A stretch of DNA of 62,759 nucleotides from Neisseriaceae bacterium (GCA_003962895.1 RXKI01000004.1:7616-70374), one strand, 5' to 3'; counted from the first letter of the stretch, positions 10,842 through 22,140 are shown. Notes: a model not told the origin generated them from the sequence alone. Translations and numbers: made by a program.

Positions 10842-13784
10842 ATGTATATGTCGAGACAAAGACCTCAAAGAATACAAAAAAATAAACAAACTAAGCCTTC
10901 TAAGCCTAGTACAAAACAAGGAACATCAAGAACAAGACAATCTCCAATAAATTCAAATCCAAATAATCAAAAACAATTTTATTTAGATTTTAAAAATCAA
11001 GCTCAAAAATTAGCTTATGGATCGTTTCAACAACATGATGTCTTGTTTTTGCTTGGTCCTGCTGGAGTTGGTAAAGCATTAACATTAGATTCTAAATTAT
11101 ACACTCGTGATGGTTTCATCAAAATGCGAGATGTTAAAATAGGGCAAGAGATTGCTGACCATTCTGGCAATTTCTCTAAAGTAACAGCAATTTATCCACA
11201 AGGACAAAAGCAAATATGTCGAGTTCATTTTTCAAATGGAACTCATGTTGATTGCTGCGAAGAACATCTTTGGAGCGTTAAACATTGTGATAACGGTTGG
11301 ACTAGAACAGTTGATACTAAATATTTAGAAAAAAACTGTTTGAGAAAAGATGGGAAAAGAGAATTGTCAATTAATTGCTGCAAGCCTGTTAATTTTGATA
11401 GAAAGGAATATGAAATTCCTCCTTATATCATGGGAATTTTATTAGCAGAAGGTTGTTTAACAGGTTCTAACGTATGCTTTTCTGCAATAGAGTCTGAAAT
11501 ATATGGAAGAGTTTCAAAAGAATTAGATGAAGGTTATGTTTGTAAAACTAAATCTAATATAGATCACAGAATAGTGAAAGAAAAGCGTAGTGGAAAACCA
11601 AATAAGTATAAAGAAGCTGCAAAAAAACTTGGCATTTGGGGAAAATATTCTTACGAAAAATTCATCCCGGAAGAATATAAATATGGTTCTGTCGATCAAA
11701 GAATTGCTCTTTTGCAAGGTCTTATGGATGGAGACGGCACAGTGGGCAAGAAAAACGGAAATGTTTCTTATTCTACCACTTCTTTTAAATTAGCAGAAGA
11801 TTTCTGTCAACTAGTTTATTCTTTGGGTGGCACTACAAGAATTCGAGTTAAAGAAGGGTCTTTAAAAGAAGATGGAACTAGACATCGTGTTAGCTATCGT
11901 TGTTCTTTAAATCTTCCAAATGATATAGAAATTTTCTTTTTAAAAAGAAAAAAAGACATTAGAGTTTTGCGTTCTAAATATTTGCCAAAAATATATGTAG
12001 ATCGAGTTGAAAGATTAGGGAATACAGAAATGCAGTGTATAACTGTCGATAACCCAGATCATCTTTATTTAACTGATAATTTCATTGTTACTCATAATAG
12101 CCACCTTGCTATTGCTTTTGCTATAAACGAGGTTTTAGCTAAAAGAAAAAAGAAAATAATTTTAACTAGACCTGTGGTCGAAGCTGGAGAAAATTTAGGA
12201 TTTCTTCCAGGAACTTTTGAAGAAAAGTTAAACCCTTACATTATGCCAATGTTTGATTGTATTGAGAGATGTGTTGGTAAAGACAATGCTCAAAGAGAAA
12301 TAATTGACAATGCTCTTGAAATTGCTCCACTAGCATACATGAGAGGACGCAGCCTTTCTGTAAATTCAATTATACCAACACCTTATGGAAAAAAATCTAT
12401 GGGAGAAATTAAAGTTGGTGATTTAGTTTTTGGAAGCAATGGACAGCCAACTAAAGTTTTGGGTGTTTATCCACAAGGTATTCTTAAAACTTATAGAGTC
12501 ATACTTACAGACGGGACAGAAGTTGTTTGCTCTGGGGATCATTTGTGGCCTACTATGACTCTTAATGAAAAACGTCACAATAAAGGGTTTACGATTAAAA
12601 CCACGGATCAAATTAGAGAAACTGTTTTGAATAAACATAATCAAAAAATTCATAGAATGATGTATGTTTCAAATCCTGTTGAATTTGAGCCAAGAAACGT
12701 TTCTGTTGATCCTTATTTATTGGGATGTTTATTGGGAGATGGCTGTCTTCGGAATACTGTTACTATTTCTACTATTGATTTGGAATTGTTAGAAGAATGT
12801 AAAAAAAGACTACCTGATAATAATGAATTTGTATTTAAAGGTAAATGTGATTATAGAGTTAAGTTCAATGGTAATTCGGAACTTAAAAATAGTCTTATTA
12901 AATATGGTTTATTTAATCTTAAAAGTAATAAGAAATTTGTTCCTGAAAATTATAAGATGAATTCTAAAGAAGTTCGACTAGAACTTCTGCAAGGTCTTTT
13001 GGACACAGATGGAACAATTGGAACCCATAGAAGTGGGAAATGTAGAATTCAATACACATCTACTTCAAAACAATTAGCTGAAGATGTTATGTTTTTGGTT
13101 AGATCGTTAGGAGGTCATGCTTATTGTAGATTGAGAAAGTTTTCTGAAAAAGACAGTCATGAGTATGAAGGACATACAATAAGACATGTTCACAATGCTT
13201 ATGTTGTAGATATTATGATGGAATTATGTCCTTTTAAACTAAGTAGAAAAGCTGTTAAACACGTTAATCTTCCAAAACCTACAAAGATGATTAAAGATGT
13301 AGTTCCATGCGGAGAAGCGGAATGCGTTTGTATAGCAGTTGAGGCACAAGATCATTTATTTTTGGCAAATGATTTTATTGTTACTCACAATACATTTAAT
13401 GATTCTATATGCATTTTTGATGAATCTCAAAATGCTACATATACTCAAATAAAGTTGTTTTTAAGCAGATTTGGTGAAAACAGCAAGATAATTGTAACTG
13501 GAGACCCTAATCAGAGCGATTTAAAAAAGCAAGATCAAGGATTAATGAAAATAGTTGACAAACTTGAAGACTTACCAGGCATAGGATTTGTAAACTTTCA
13601 AGCATCTTGCATTATTAGACATCCTTTGATTGAATCAATTTTGGGAAGACTTGAAGAAGATGATGAAATTAATCTTCCGAATAGAGGTGATTCTAGGAAT
13701 GAAGAATATTCTCAAAGAGACGATGAATATTACGAAGATGATGATGATGATTATGATGATGAAGACGATGATGATTGGGAATAA
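10842..13784 (+). CDS. phoH: PhoH-family ATPase with two inteins
   Basis: GPAGVGK|S, TRPVVEAGENLGFLPG, PLAYMRGR|T, DESQN, GDPNQSD, RHPLI; about 292 aa after splicing. Confidence 0.93.
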   Translation: MYMSRQRPQRIQKNKQTKPSKPSTKQGTSRTRQSPINSNPNNQKQFYLDFKNQAQKLAYGSFQQHDVLFLLGPAGVGKALTLDSKLYTRDGFIKMRDVKIGQEIADHSGNFSKVTAIYPQGQKQICRVHFSNGTHVDCCEEHLWSVKHCDNGWTRTVDTKYLEKNCLRKDGKRELSINCCKPVNFDRKEYEIPPYIMGILLAEGCLTGSNVCFSAIESEIYGRVSKELDEGYVCKTKSNIDHRIVKEKRSGKPNKYKEAAKKLGIWGKYSYEKFIPEEYKYGSVDQRIALLQGLMDGDGTVGKKNGNVSYSTTSFKLAEDFCQLVYSLGGTTRIRVKEGSLKEDGTRHRVSYRCSLNLPNDIEIFFLKRKKDIRVLRSKYLPKIYVDRVERLGNTEMQCITVDNPDHLYLTDNFIVTHNSHLAIAFAINEVLAKRKKKIILTRPVVEAGENLGFLPGTFEEKLNPYIMPMFDCIERCVGKDNAQREIIDNALEIAPLAYMRGRSLSVNSIIPTPYGKKSMGEIKVGDLVFGSNGQPTKVLGVYPQGILKTYRVILTDGTEVVCSGDHLWPTMTLNEKRHNKGFTIKTTDQIRETVLNKHNQKIHRMMYVSNPVEFEPRNVSVDPYLLGCLLGDGCLRNTVTISTIDLELLEECKKRLPDNNEFVFKGKCDYRVKFNGNSELKNSLIKYGLFNLKSNKKFVPENYKMNSKEVRLELLQGLLDTDGTIGTHRSGKCRIQYTSTSKQLAEDVMFLVRSLGGHAYCRLRKFSEKDSHEYEGHTIRHVHNAYVVDIMMELCPFKLSRKAVKHVNLPKPTKMIKDVVPCGEAECVCIAVEAQDHLFLANDFIVTHNTFNDSICIFDESQNATYTQIKLFLSRFGENSKIIVTGDPNQSDLKKQDQGLMKIVDKLEDLPGIGFVNFQASCIIRHPLIESILGRLEEDDEINLPNRGDSRNEEYSQRDDEYYEDDDDDYDDEDDDDWE
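11076..12098 (+). mobile_element. Intein 1 (341 aa, LAGLIDADG endonuclease, Ala1, probable class 3)
   Basis: Inserted after Walker A Lys; ALTLDS...EHLW...LQGLMDGDG...QCITV...IVTHN|S. Confidence 0.9.
12351..13391 (+). mobile_element. Intein 2 (347 aa, LAGLIDADG endonuclease)
   Basis: Inserted in RGR|T; SLSVNS...DHLW...LQGLLDTDG...CIAV...IVTHN|T. Confidence 0.9.
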
Positions 13785-13801
13785 TTTTTTTTGATTTAAT
13801 T

Positions 13802-13844
13802 AAAAGTAAAAGTCTTCGTGTTAATCACGAAGACTTTTACTTTT
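13802..13844. terminator. Intrinsic terminator, possibly bidirectional
   Basis: Perfect 19-bp inverted repeat aaaagtaaaagtcttcgtg-ttaat-cacgaagacttttactttt. Confidence 0.85.
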
Positions 13845-13882
13845 TGGTATCATATATAATTTAAATGTAAAAAGGAGAAGAA

Positions 13883-14314
13883 ATGGCAGCAAAAGGCTCT
13901 ACTTTTGATAATGATTTGTTGAAACTTATATTCAATGCTACATCTATAGCTAATATCGCCATAGATGCTACTTCGTCTCCTTTGACTAATTTATATGTTG
14001 CTCTTCACACAGCTTCTCCTTTGGCTGGAGGTAGTCAAACCACTTCAGAGGCAGCATATTCAGGGTATGCAAGAGTAGCTGTGGCAAGAACTTCTGGTGG
14101 ATGGACGGTTACTTCTAATTCAGTTTCTCCAGCAGCCAATATATTATTCCCAGCCGCAGCTTCTGGGACTGAAACTTTAACTCACTTTTCTGTGGGAACT
14201 GCTAGTTCTGGTGCTGGTAAAATTTTATATTTTGGTGCCATTTCTCCTTCAATTGGCGTTACGACAGGAGTCGCCCCGCTACTTACTACTGCTACCGCAA
14301 TCACAGAATCATAA
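13883..14314 (+). CDS. Tail-fibre-associated structural protein
   Basis: LYVALHTASP...EAAYSGYARVAV pattern common in phage tail proteins; Ala/Ser/Thr-rich; AAGGAG RBS. Confidence 0.65.
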   Translation: MAAKGSTFDNDLLKLIFNATSIANIAIDATSSPLTNLYVALHTASPLAGGSQTTSEAAYSGYARVAVARTSGGWTVTSNSVSPAANILFPAAASGTETLTHFSVGTASSGAGKILYFGAISPSIGVTTGVAPLLTTATAITES

Positions 14315-14326
14315 TAAGGAGATTCT

Positions 14327-16750
14327 GTGAGCATAAAAAGCGTATCAGGTAGATTTTACGAAAGCGTCATGGGAGCAGAGATTGGGGTTCTTCCTTTGCT
14401 CGCTCCCACAGTACCCGCTGTAGGTTCTTCTGATGGCTCATCTACCGCTTCTGCATCGGGTTCAGCCGTAATTGTTTTTTCCTCTGGTTCTGGCAATTGG
14501 ACCGTGCCATCTGGTGTTACATCTGTACAAATTGAAGTGTGGGGTGCTGGCGGTGGAGGCGGAGGAGGAGGTGCTGGTTCTGGGGACAATGGCGGGAGCG
14601 GCGGTGGCGGCGGTGGTTATTGTAAAAAAAATGCACTGACAGTCACTCCTGGTCAAACTATTTCTTATGTTATTGGCACTGGCGGAACTGGTGGTGCTGA
14701 TGAAGTAAATGGAACCGCTGGTGGCAATTCATCTGCTTACTCTGGTGCCTATGTTGCAAATGGTGGGGCTGGTGGACTGGAAGGCGAAGGCAACAATACA
14801 GTTGCCACTGCTGGTGGAACTGCAAGTGGTGGTGATGTAAATACAACTGGTGGATCATCAACAGCAACATTTGGAGATTATGGTGGTGCTGGTGGAACTG
14901 GTGCCAATGGTGGGGCTGGTGGTGCTGGTGGAACAGGAAGCGGGAATGGTGTTGCTGGAACTGCTCCGGGCGGTGGTGGTGGCGGTGGTGCGGACGGTGC
15001 TAGTGGTGGGAATGGAGCTAATGGCCGTGTTGCATTTACCTACACAGTTGTTCCTGCTGCGTCTTATATTGATCCTTCTGGAATTAGTTCTGAAGAAGTA
15101 TTGGGAACAATTAGTTTACTAGCTGCATTTGATTCAACTGGAATTAGTTCTGAAGAAGCATTAGGAACAAGCAGCTTATTAGCTGCATTTGATTTAACTG
15201 GAATTAGTTCTGAAGAAGCATTAGGAACAATTAGTTTATTAGCTACATATAGTTCCGTAGGTACAGCAGATGGAGAGTCAACAGCAGATGCGTTTGGTTT
15301 GTTATCCGCTGCTTCCGTAGGTACAGCAGATGGAGAATCAACAGCAGATGCATTTGGGGAAGAAGTCAGTGTTTATACGTCTGAGGGTGGAGAGATTGTT
15401 TTATCCTCTGAATCAGAGTTTGAATTTAATTCTTTCTTTGACCAAAAAGTTAGATGGACGACTAATGCTGAATTTTATGTTGAGAAAAATTTTAGATGGA
15501 ATACTGGAGATTTAGTATTAAAGTGGTATAGAGTTCAAGGATGCTGTTCTAGTGCTACTAAAAATGAAAATCCAAGTGGCGGTTGTGATATAATCAATTT
15601 TCAATTAGACGATCCTACTTGTGTGGGAGCTTCTTCTCAACAGCAATTTATTCAAAATATTGCTGCAAATAGTTTGACTGATTTATGCAATCAATTGACA
15701 AACAGTGGTCTAAGATGGGAAATATGTAGTATCAAAAAGTTTAGCCTTCCAGCCGATTTAAGAGGAGTTGATGTAGATGTTTGCAACACTCTTGAAGAAG
15801 TTCCATTCTGCGACATCCCAGAGTGTATTGAATATTGTATAAAAACAGCTTCTATTGTTTATATAAAAGCAAGAGCATGGGTAGAACAAGTTTTTGTTTA
15901 TGAATCTTCTGGTGGAGAGATAATACTTTCTAGCGATTCTGAGATAAACATGCCAGAAGATGCTACTACTTTTTATGAATCTTCTGGTGGGGAAATAATA
16001 TTGACAAGCGAGTCAGAATTTTCTTCATCTTGGTCTAATAATATGACAATTTCTATAAAGGCTTTTGCCTCTGTAGCTTTTGAAGAAATTTTATTCGGAG
16101 AAAGCAGGAATACTCCTGCGATTGAACAAAGCGTAGCAACTGTTTCTACGAACTGTGGTCTTTGTGATGCAATGCCAATGGTTTTACATCTTAATCACAA
16201 TTTAAGTAAAGCAGGCGAATTAGTAGATTATTTACAAAGAAACGGACAGTCTTTGCCGTCTTCTATTCCTATGCATTATAATTCTAAATTAAAATCTTGG
16301 TTGGGTCATTATCATTTATTTGGAATTGGAGAAAACAACAACAACGGTCAAGAAAAATGGAATTTTTCTTTTTCTTGGTCTTGTGATAATAATTTGGGAG
16401 ATAGTTATTGGAAATTTTCTTCTTTAATTACAAAAACCGATCTTTCAGAGGGTACTGATTACGATACAAGACTCATAATAAAATTCCCACCAGATCAAAT
16501 ATGTTCATATAGTCAGAATTTTTCTTTTAATTTTACTTTCAATGTAAATACTTTTACTAAATTTGTTGACAATAATTTTGATTTAGCTTTGAATGAGATC
16601 GTGTTGTATGATAAAATAGGAATGTTCAAAACTAAAAATTGGATGAAAGACCCTGTGTTGAGAATGATTGTTTCAAAAAGTTCGAAAACGGTTGATTCTC
16701 AATACAAAGATATTGCTCCAATTTTTCCAGGCAAACCTATTCTTTATTAA
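14327..16750 (+). CDS. Glycine-rich virion/tail protein with internal repeats
   Basis: WTVPSGVTSVQIEVWGAGGGG glycine-rich domain, 20-aa tandem repeats, Cys-rich C-terminal half. Confidence 0.7.
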   Translation: MSIKSVSGRFYESVMGAEIGVLPLLAPTVPAVGSSDGSSTASASGSAVIVFSSGSGNWTVPSGVTSVQIEVWGAGGGGGGGGAGSGDNGGSGGGGGGYCKKNALTVTPGQTISYVIGTGGTGGADEVNGTAGGNSSAYSGAYVANGGAGGLEGEGNNTVATAGGTASGGDVNTTGGSSTATFGDYGGAGGTGANGGAGGAGGTGSGNGVAGTAPGGGGGGGADGASGGNGANGRVAFTYTVVPAASYIDPSGISSEEVLGTISLLAAFDSTGISSEEALGTSSLLAAFDLTGISSEEALGTISLLATYSSVGTADGESTADAFGLLSAASVGTADGESTADAFGEEVSVYTSEGGEIVLSSESEFEFNSFFDQKVRWTTNAEFYVEKNFRWNTGDLVLKWYRVQGCCSSATKNENPSGGCDIINFQLDDPTCVGASSQQQFIQNIAANSLTDLCNQLTNSGLRWEICSIKKFSLPADLRGVDVDVCNTLEEVPFCDIPECIEYCIKTASIVYIKARAWVEQVFVYESSGGEIILSSDSEINMPEDATTFYESSGGEIILTSESEFSSSWSNNMTISIKAFASVAFEEILFGESRNTPAIEQSVATVSTNCGLCDAMPMVLHLNHNLSKAGELVDYLQRNGQSLPSSIPMHYNSKLKSWLGHYHLFGIGENNNNGQEKWNFSFSWSCDNNLGDSYWKFSSLITKTDLSEGTDYDTRLIIKFPPDQICSYSQNFSFNFTFNVNTFTKFVDNNFDLALNEIVLYDKIGMFKTKNWMKDPVLRMIVSKSSKTVDSQYKDIAPIFPGKPILY
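15078..15360 (+). repeat. In-frame 60-nt tandem repeats (3x GISSEEALGT unit, 2x SVGTADGESTADAFG unit)
   Basis: Directly visible 60-nt periodicity. Confidence 0.9.
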
Positions 16751-17271
16751 GGAAAAAAAATGGAAATTTTTTTAGGAATTATTCTTTTTTTGCATTTTTT
16801 GCAATTTATCTTTTTATTTTATATTGGAGCTTTTTTAATTAGATTTAAAAAAGACATTGCTGCTGTACTTATTGAAATGATTGAAATAGAGAATTCAAAA
16901 ACACAAATAAAACCAGTTGAAAAAGAAAAAACAAAAACATGGGATCAAAAATTTGAGGAAGAATTGACAGTTGCCGATAGAATGCTAAGAGAAAACTTGA
17001 AAGGTCTTCAAGATGTTCCAGGTTCAAAGGTTTAATTAAAAATGAAAAAAGAAATTGTTGAAGAAATTGTTGATGGGCAAAGATATTGGAAAGAAATCAC
17101 TGTAAAATGGTACAAAGAATTAAATGTTGGTGATTTAAAAGAGCCTTATTATGAGTTTAGGAATAAAGACGAGCCAGTAGAAAATTTTAGGTCTGGTTCT
17201 GGTTGGGGGGCTGTTGTTCAAGAAAACAACAATCAATATAGAGTTCCTTGTAATTCTCCAAAGGCAAATTA

Positions 17272-18171
17272 ATGCAAGAGTCTTTTGAAATTAAAAGAAG
17301 ATTTGGCATTGAAATTGAATTAGGAGAAGAAGTTTCAAAAGAGACTGTTTCTAATTTTTTTTCTGAAAAATCTTTCCATGCTTCAAAAGCAGATATCTAC
17401 AGACCGAGTTGCAACAATGATTTTTGGCATATAAAAGATGATGCAACTTGTGGGACAATGGGACGCCAAGGTCCAAAGGGAGTAGAAGTTGCATCATATG
17501 TTGCAAAAAGTTTTTTTGACTTGGAAAACATTTGTGATTTAATTAGTGAATTACCAACTTTAGGATGCAAGGTAAATAAGAATTGTGGATTTCATATTCA
17601 TGCTGATTGCCAAGATTTAACAAAATCTCAAGTGGCTGTTGTCACTGCTTTTTGGATTAAAATAGAAAGTTGTTTAAAATATTCTGTTCCTCTGAGTAGA
17701 AGAAATAATAGATATTGTGCTATGCTTGGTCCTAAACTAAAGATAAAAACCCTTCAAAGATTCCCCGACGCCGAACTTTTTTATAATTTTTGCTGTCCAA
17801 AAGATATAGGATTTTTTGAAAATAAAGAAAGAAAAGTAAATTTTAATTTAGTAAATTATGCCCGAGCTTGCCATTATGGGACTTCTTCTAAAAAAACTTT
17901 AGAGCTAAGATGGCCAGAGTCTACTTTAAATAAAAATGATATAAAAAATTGGACTATTTTATTTTTAAATTTTATTGAAAATTGTAAATTTAAAGAAATT
18001 CCTGATAACTTTTTTGATTTAAATCTTAACGAAACATTAGATATCTTAGGTTTAAATTCTGATTTCGAAGAAATTAAACAGTTGAAAATTTGGCTATTAA
18101 AAAGATTCTCTAAATATACTTCTGCTTTTAAAGAAGAAGCTGTTGAAATTCTTTCTTTGGCTGATAAATAA
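17272..18171 (+). CDS. Putative amidoligase (COOH-NH2 ligase family)
   Basis: FGIEIE, IKDDAT, GVEVAS, CGFHIH, NRYC, TLELR motifs. Confidence 0.8.
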   Translation: MQESFEIKRRFGIEIELGEEVSKETVSNFFSEKSFHASKADIYRPSCNNDFWHIKDDATCGTMGRQGPKGVEVASYVAKSFFDLENICDLISELPTLGCKVNKNCGFHIHADCQDLTKSQVAVVTAFWIKIESCLKYSVPLSRRNNRYCAMLGPKLKIKTLQRFPDAELFYNFCCPKDIGFFENKERKVNFNLVNYARACHYGTSSKKTLELRWPESTLNKNDIKNWTILFLNFIENCKFKEIPDNFFDLNLNETLDILGLNSDFEEIKQLKIWLLKRFSKYTSAFKEEAVEILSLADK

Positions 18172-18209
18172 CTATAATAGACTACTAACACAACTAATTC
18201 AAAAACTGA

Positions 18210-18728
18210 ATGGAACTTATGAATGATACTAAAAAAGAACTAATTATTTCTCATATTTACTTAGCTGATAAAATTGCAAAAATCAAAAAAAAGAACTTAT
18301 CTTATGTTTCTTACGAAGAGCTTCAGTCTGCTGCCTATTTTGGATTGACTCAAGCTGCTAACAAGTACAACCCAGATTTAAATGATAGCTTTTCTGCTTT
18401 TGCTTTTTATAGAATTTCTGGTGCTATTAAAGATTATTTAAGAGAATTGTCTTGGGGCACGAAATCAAACTATATAAAAATATCTTCTCTAGTTGAAATT
18501 CCTTCTTGTAAAATGTCAAAAAATAATGATTTTTTTCACATTTTGATAAACAATCTTACTGAAATACAAAAAAAAGTAATTACTTTATATTACATAGAAG
18601 ATTTTAAAATTTCTACTATTGGTAAAATTTTAGACCTTCATGAATCTAGAATTTCTCAAATTCTATCTGATTGTAAGTTGAAAATAAGAAAAGAGTGGTC
18701 TTCTAAAAAAAGTGAATTGTTTATATGA
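18210..18728 (+). CDS. Sigma-70 family sigma factor (FliA/WhiG-like, regions 2 and 4)
   Basis: EELQSAAYFGLTQAANKYNP, FSAFAFYRISGAIKDYLR, LHESRISQI. Confidence 0.88.
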   Translation: MELMNDTKKELIISHIYLADKIAKIKKKNLSYVSYEELQSAAYFGLTQAANKYNPDLNDSFSAFAFYRISGAIKDYLRELSWGTKSNYIKISSLVEIPSCKMSKNNDFFHILINNLTEIQKKVITLYYIEDFKISTIGKILDLHESRISQILSDCKLKIRKEWSSKKSELFI

Positions 18729-19555
18729 AATATATTTTTTTTATAATGTTTTTTGCATCGTCTTGTTTTGCTGATACAAAAGATTTGTCTTGGAACAGAT
18801 ATACAACTAAGAATTTTACAATTCTTAGTATAAAAAATGAGCAGGGGAAATGGATTTTTGACAACGTAGAGAAAATAAAAAAATTAAGTTTGACTAGATG
18901 GGGATTTGAAGATTTTAAATTTTCAAAAGAATGTAGAATTTTTTGTGTCCCAAATAAAGAATTACTTAAAGAGCTTTTTAACGCCGATGATTCTAAATTT
19001 GAAATCATAAAAAAAGACAATGAATTTCAAATGACTGCTATTTGGATTGTTCTAGACGACCCAGACCCATTGAAGTTATTGCCAAACTATATCACCCGAG
19101 CTTGCTTTGCGGAGTTTGAATTTCAAGAAAAAATTAAATTGGGAGAATGGTTCAAATCAGGAGCTAGTAATTTAAATTGCTCTTTAAAACAAGTAGAAAA
19201 AAACTTAAATAATTGTTTTTCTATAGAAAAGAACGATTTGCTCTCTACGGAAAAAATTTTTACAACAAAAGAATTTCAATCAAAAGAAGATTTGTTTTAT
19301 TTCGAACAACAAAGTGTTTTAATGTGTCTTTTTCTTAGAAAAGAATTTGGAGAAGCTAAACTTCAAGGTTTTTTAAGACTTTCTTCTAAAAATGATGTAG
19401 AAGATGTTTTTAAAATGATTTATGGGTTTGATTCTTTTTCTAAATTTGATTTAAGTTATTTTAGGTTTATGAAAGATTTGAAAATAGCTTTAAATAAAGA
19501 TTTAGTTCCAAATTATTATTTGACAATTTCAAAAAGTTCACTTAAAATCAAATAA
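18725..19555 (+). CDS. Secreted protein, degenerate peptidase-MA-like
   Basis: Signal peptide; layout resembles gluzincins but HExxH is absent. Confidence 0.4.
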   Translation: MKYIFFIMFFASSCFADTKDLSWNRYTTKNFTILSIKNEQGKWIFDNVEKIKKLSLTRWGFEDFKFSKECRIFCVPNKELLKELFNADDSKFEIIKKDNEFQMTAIWIVLDDPDPLKLLPNYITRACFAEFEFQEKIKLGEWFKSGASNLNCSLKQVEKNLNNCFSIEKNDLLSTEKIFTTKEFQSKEDLFYFEQQSVLMCLFLRKEFGEAKLQGFLRLSSKNDVEDVFKMIYGFDSFSKFDLSYFRFMKDLKIALNKDLVPNYYLTISKSSLKIK

Positions 19556-19564
19556 AGGAAAATT

Positions 19565-19864
19565 ATGTTTACAATTTTAGTTTGGTCAATTTTTGGTTTA
19601 ATTGTAGGTACTCTCGCAAAATTAATCCACCCAGGCGAAGAGCCTGTTGGATGCGTTTATACAATTGGAATTGGCATCATAGGTTCTTTAATTGGTGGGG
19701 TTCTAAGCTGGGTTTTAGGATCAGGTAGAAGCCCATTACACTATTCTGGATTCTTTATGTCAGTAATAGGAGGAGTAGTTGCTTGTGCTATTTTTAGATG
19801 GTATTCTCTAAAAACCTCTAGCTCTGGTCCAAGAAGTTTTTTTAATGGCAAAAGATTGAAATAA
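19565..19864 (+). CDS. GlsB/YeaQ/YmgE family membrane protein
   Basis: IFGLIVGTLAKLIHPG...TIGIGIIGSLIGG. Confidence 0.85.
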   Translation: MFTILVWSIFGLIVGTLAKLIHPGEEPVGCVYTIGIGIIGSLIGGVLSWVLGSGRSPLHYSGFFMSVIGGVVACAIFRWYSLKTSSSGPRSFFNGKRLK

Positions 19865-21782
19865 ATAAAGATTGGTCTAATATGTTTAGTGACGGAATTG
19901 TAGAAAAATTAAAACAAAGATATCCTTCTTTGCACCCTTTAATTTTTCACAGATCAGTAGAAAAAGCCAAAAATGATGTTGAATTGTTTGATATTTTAGA
20001 TTCATTCCCTGACAAATTTCCTATTGCTTGGGATGAATCTTCAAGAAGATGGCAAACGACAGATGACATCTATCAAGTAAACGAATTTTCGAAAGATTAT
20101 TTTGTATGAAATTTTTAATTTTAATCTCAGCAATTTTTGCCCAATGCCCAACACCAGTTCCCACAAACTATTCTCTTAGAGAAAAAGCATATTTTTCTGA
20201 TGAAATTTTTAGCAAACAAATGGTTACTGCTGATTATTTTGGAAAAGAAATTAAAGTCCTTGTAATTAACGGATACGCACCCAGAATAGTAACAAGGAAA
20301 GTAGATGGAGTCATTGTAAAAGATTATTATTATAATGATAAAATTCTTTATAAAGGTGGGGTGATTATTTATGAACGTAAAAAAGAATTACAAACAAAAA
20401 AGGCTTCTCCTAACTTAGAAGAAGCACCTTCAGTTTCTATGGAAGAATATGAAAAATTAAAAAAAGAAACAGACAATCTTAAGAAAGATTTGGAAAGGTT
20501 GAAATCAGAGCAGGAATTAAACATTCCTACTTTAAAAGCTGCTCCAAAATCATTAAAAGGAAATTGATGAATCTTTTTGAAGAATATCTTTCTAGACACA
20601 ATATATCAAATGTTGATTTGGTATATCATACTTCTTCTTCTGAATATTTGATATTTAAAAAAAAATCTGAAGAAAAAGTTGATTGGATAATCTTATCTAT
20701 AGACTGGATTGCCGTTAAAGAACATCCTGGTTATTATGAAATAAGTCTTTGCTCTCCAATACCAAATTCTTTTTCAAAAGGTGTGAAATTTTCAAGAATA
20801 AAATCTTTTGAAAGAAAATGGAATGAATATGAGAATTTTTTTCTCTTTGAAAAAGAATTTTACAACATAGTAAAAGATTATGATGTTGTCTCAGCTAAAG
20901 ACGATTTATTTTTTTCTTTATGGGAAATGTTTGTTGTTTCTCACGATGAATGGTTTTTTAAACAAAAATTTGATATAAAAGAACTTTTGTTTAAAACTTT
21001 AGATGGAAATAAAGATAGAAAAAAATATATTGATGAAATGGTTGTTTTTTTATCAGCTAATCCAATTGTTTTTAATTCTTGGAAAGGATGTTTTTTAGAA
21101 AAGTTTAAAGAAATCCCACTGTGGTTAGTTAAACTTATTGAAAAACATCGATCCCGTCAGGAGTAAAAATGAAAACAATTCTAAAAAAATTAGAAAGCAA
21201 TTATGTAACTCCTTCTGATGGTTATTTCGCACTTCAACCATCAGAGAATGAGCAAATCCATTGGGATCATTGTCGGGAACAGTTTGCTGCAAAATTTACC
21301 AAAAACATTACAGGTTTCTTTTTTACTTATCCTAAAGACAAATATGAAGATATTGAAAGTTTCCTAAATAAATTTGAACGAATTTGTCATGAGGGGAATT
21401 ATGAATTTAGTTTGTTTTCTAAAACAAATAAAACAAATGTTCTTTGGATAGAAGTTTCAAAATTCTGGCTTGATTGCTCTATGAGAAAATCTTTATTGAC
21501 AATTCTTTTAAGATGTGGAATTAACTATGATTTAAAAATAGATAATTTTGAAGAAGCATTGTTTGATGAAAAATATAAAGAAAATTTATATGTAAGACAA
21601 ACAAAGAACGCTATACTTAGATTTATGTTTGGATTCTGCAAGTTCACAGGACCAGAGCTAGAAGATAAATTTCAAACTTCTGTTATAAAACATGGATGGA
21701 AACAAGAGTTTTTTAACATAGATGATTTTTTACTTAAAAATAGATTGATTCCTTTGGTTGACAAACAAGAATCTATTGCTAA

Positions 21783-22103
21783 TTGTGTTTTCAACGATTC
21801 TCTTTGGATTTAATTTTGAAATTTTCAACAAAAATCAAAACAGGAAAATGCATTGCGTTCTTTTGGGCTGCTTGGTGTGGTCCATGCCATGATCGATCTA
21901 TTTTAAGAAAAATCAAGGAAAAATACAAAGATATTAAAATTGTATTTGTCAATATAGAAGAGCAAATTAACGTTGCAAATGAATATTCAATAGTAATTGC
22001 TCCTACTTATATTTTATTTGAAAATTCATATCCTGTTAATTATGCCTTTGGACTCCAGACATTTGAAACTTTAGATCAAATTATAAGCAAAACTTATTTT
22101 TGA
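21783..22103 (+). CDS. Thioredoxin-like protein
   Basis: FWAAWCGPC active site; start uncertain. Confidence 0.75.
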   Translation: MCFQRFSLDLILKFSTKIKTGKCIAFFWAAWCGPCHDRSILRKIKEKYKDIKIVFVNIEEQINVANEYSIVIAPTYILFENSYPVNYAFGLQTFETLDQIISKTYF

Positions 22104-22140
22104 CTTTACCTGATCTAGTTTTTAAAGTACAATGCTTATT

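Noticed and set aside
15078-15360. CRISPR-like repeat array
   Set aside because: The repeats are in-frame coding units with no unique spacers, and no cas genes are present
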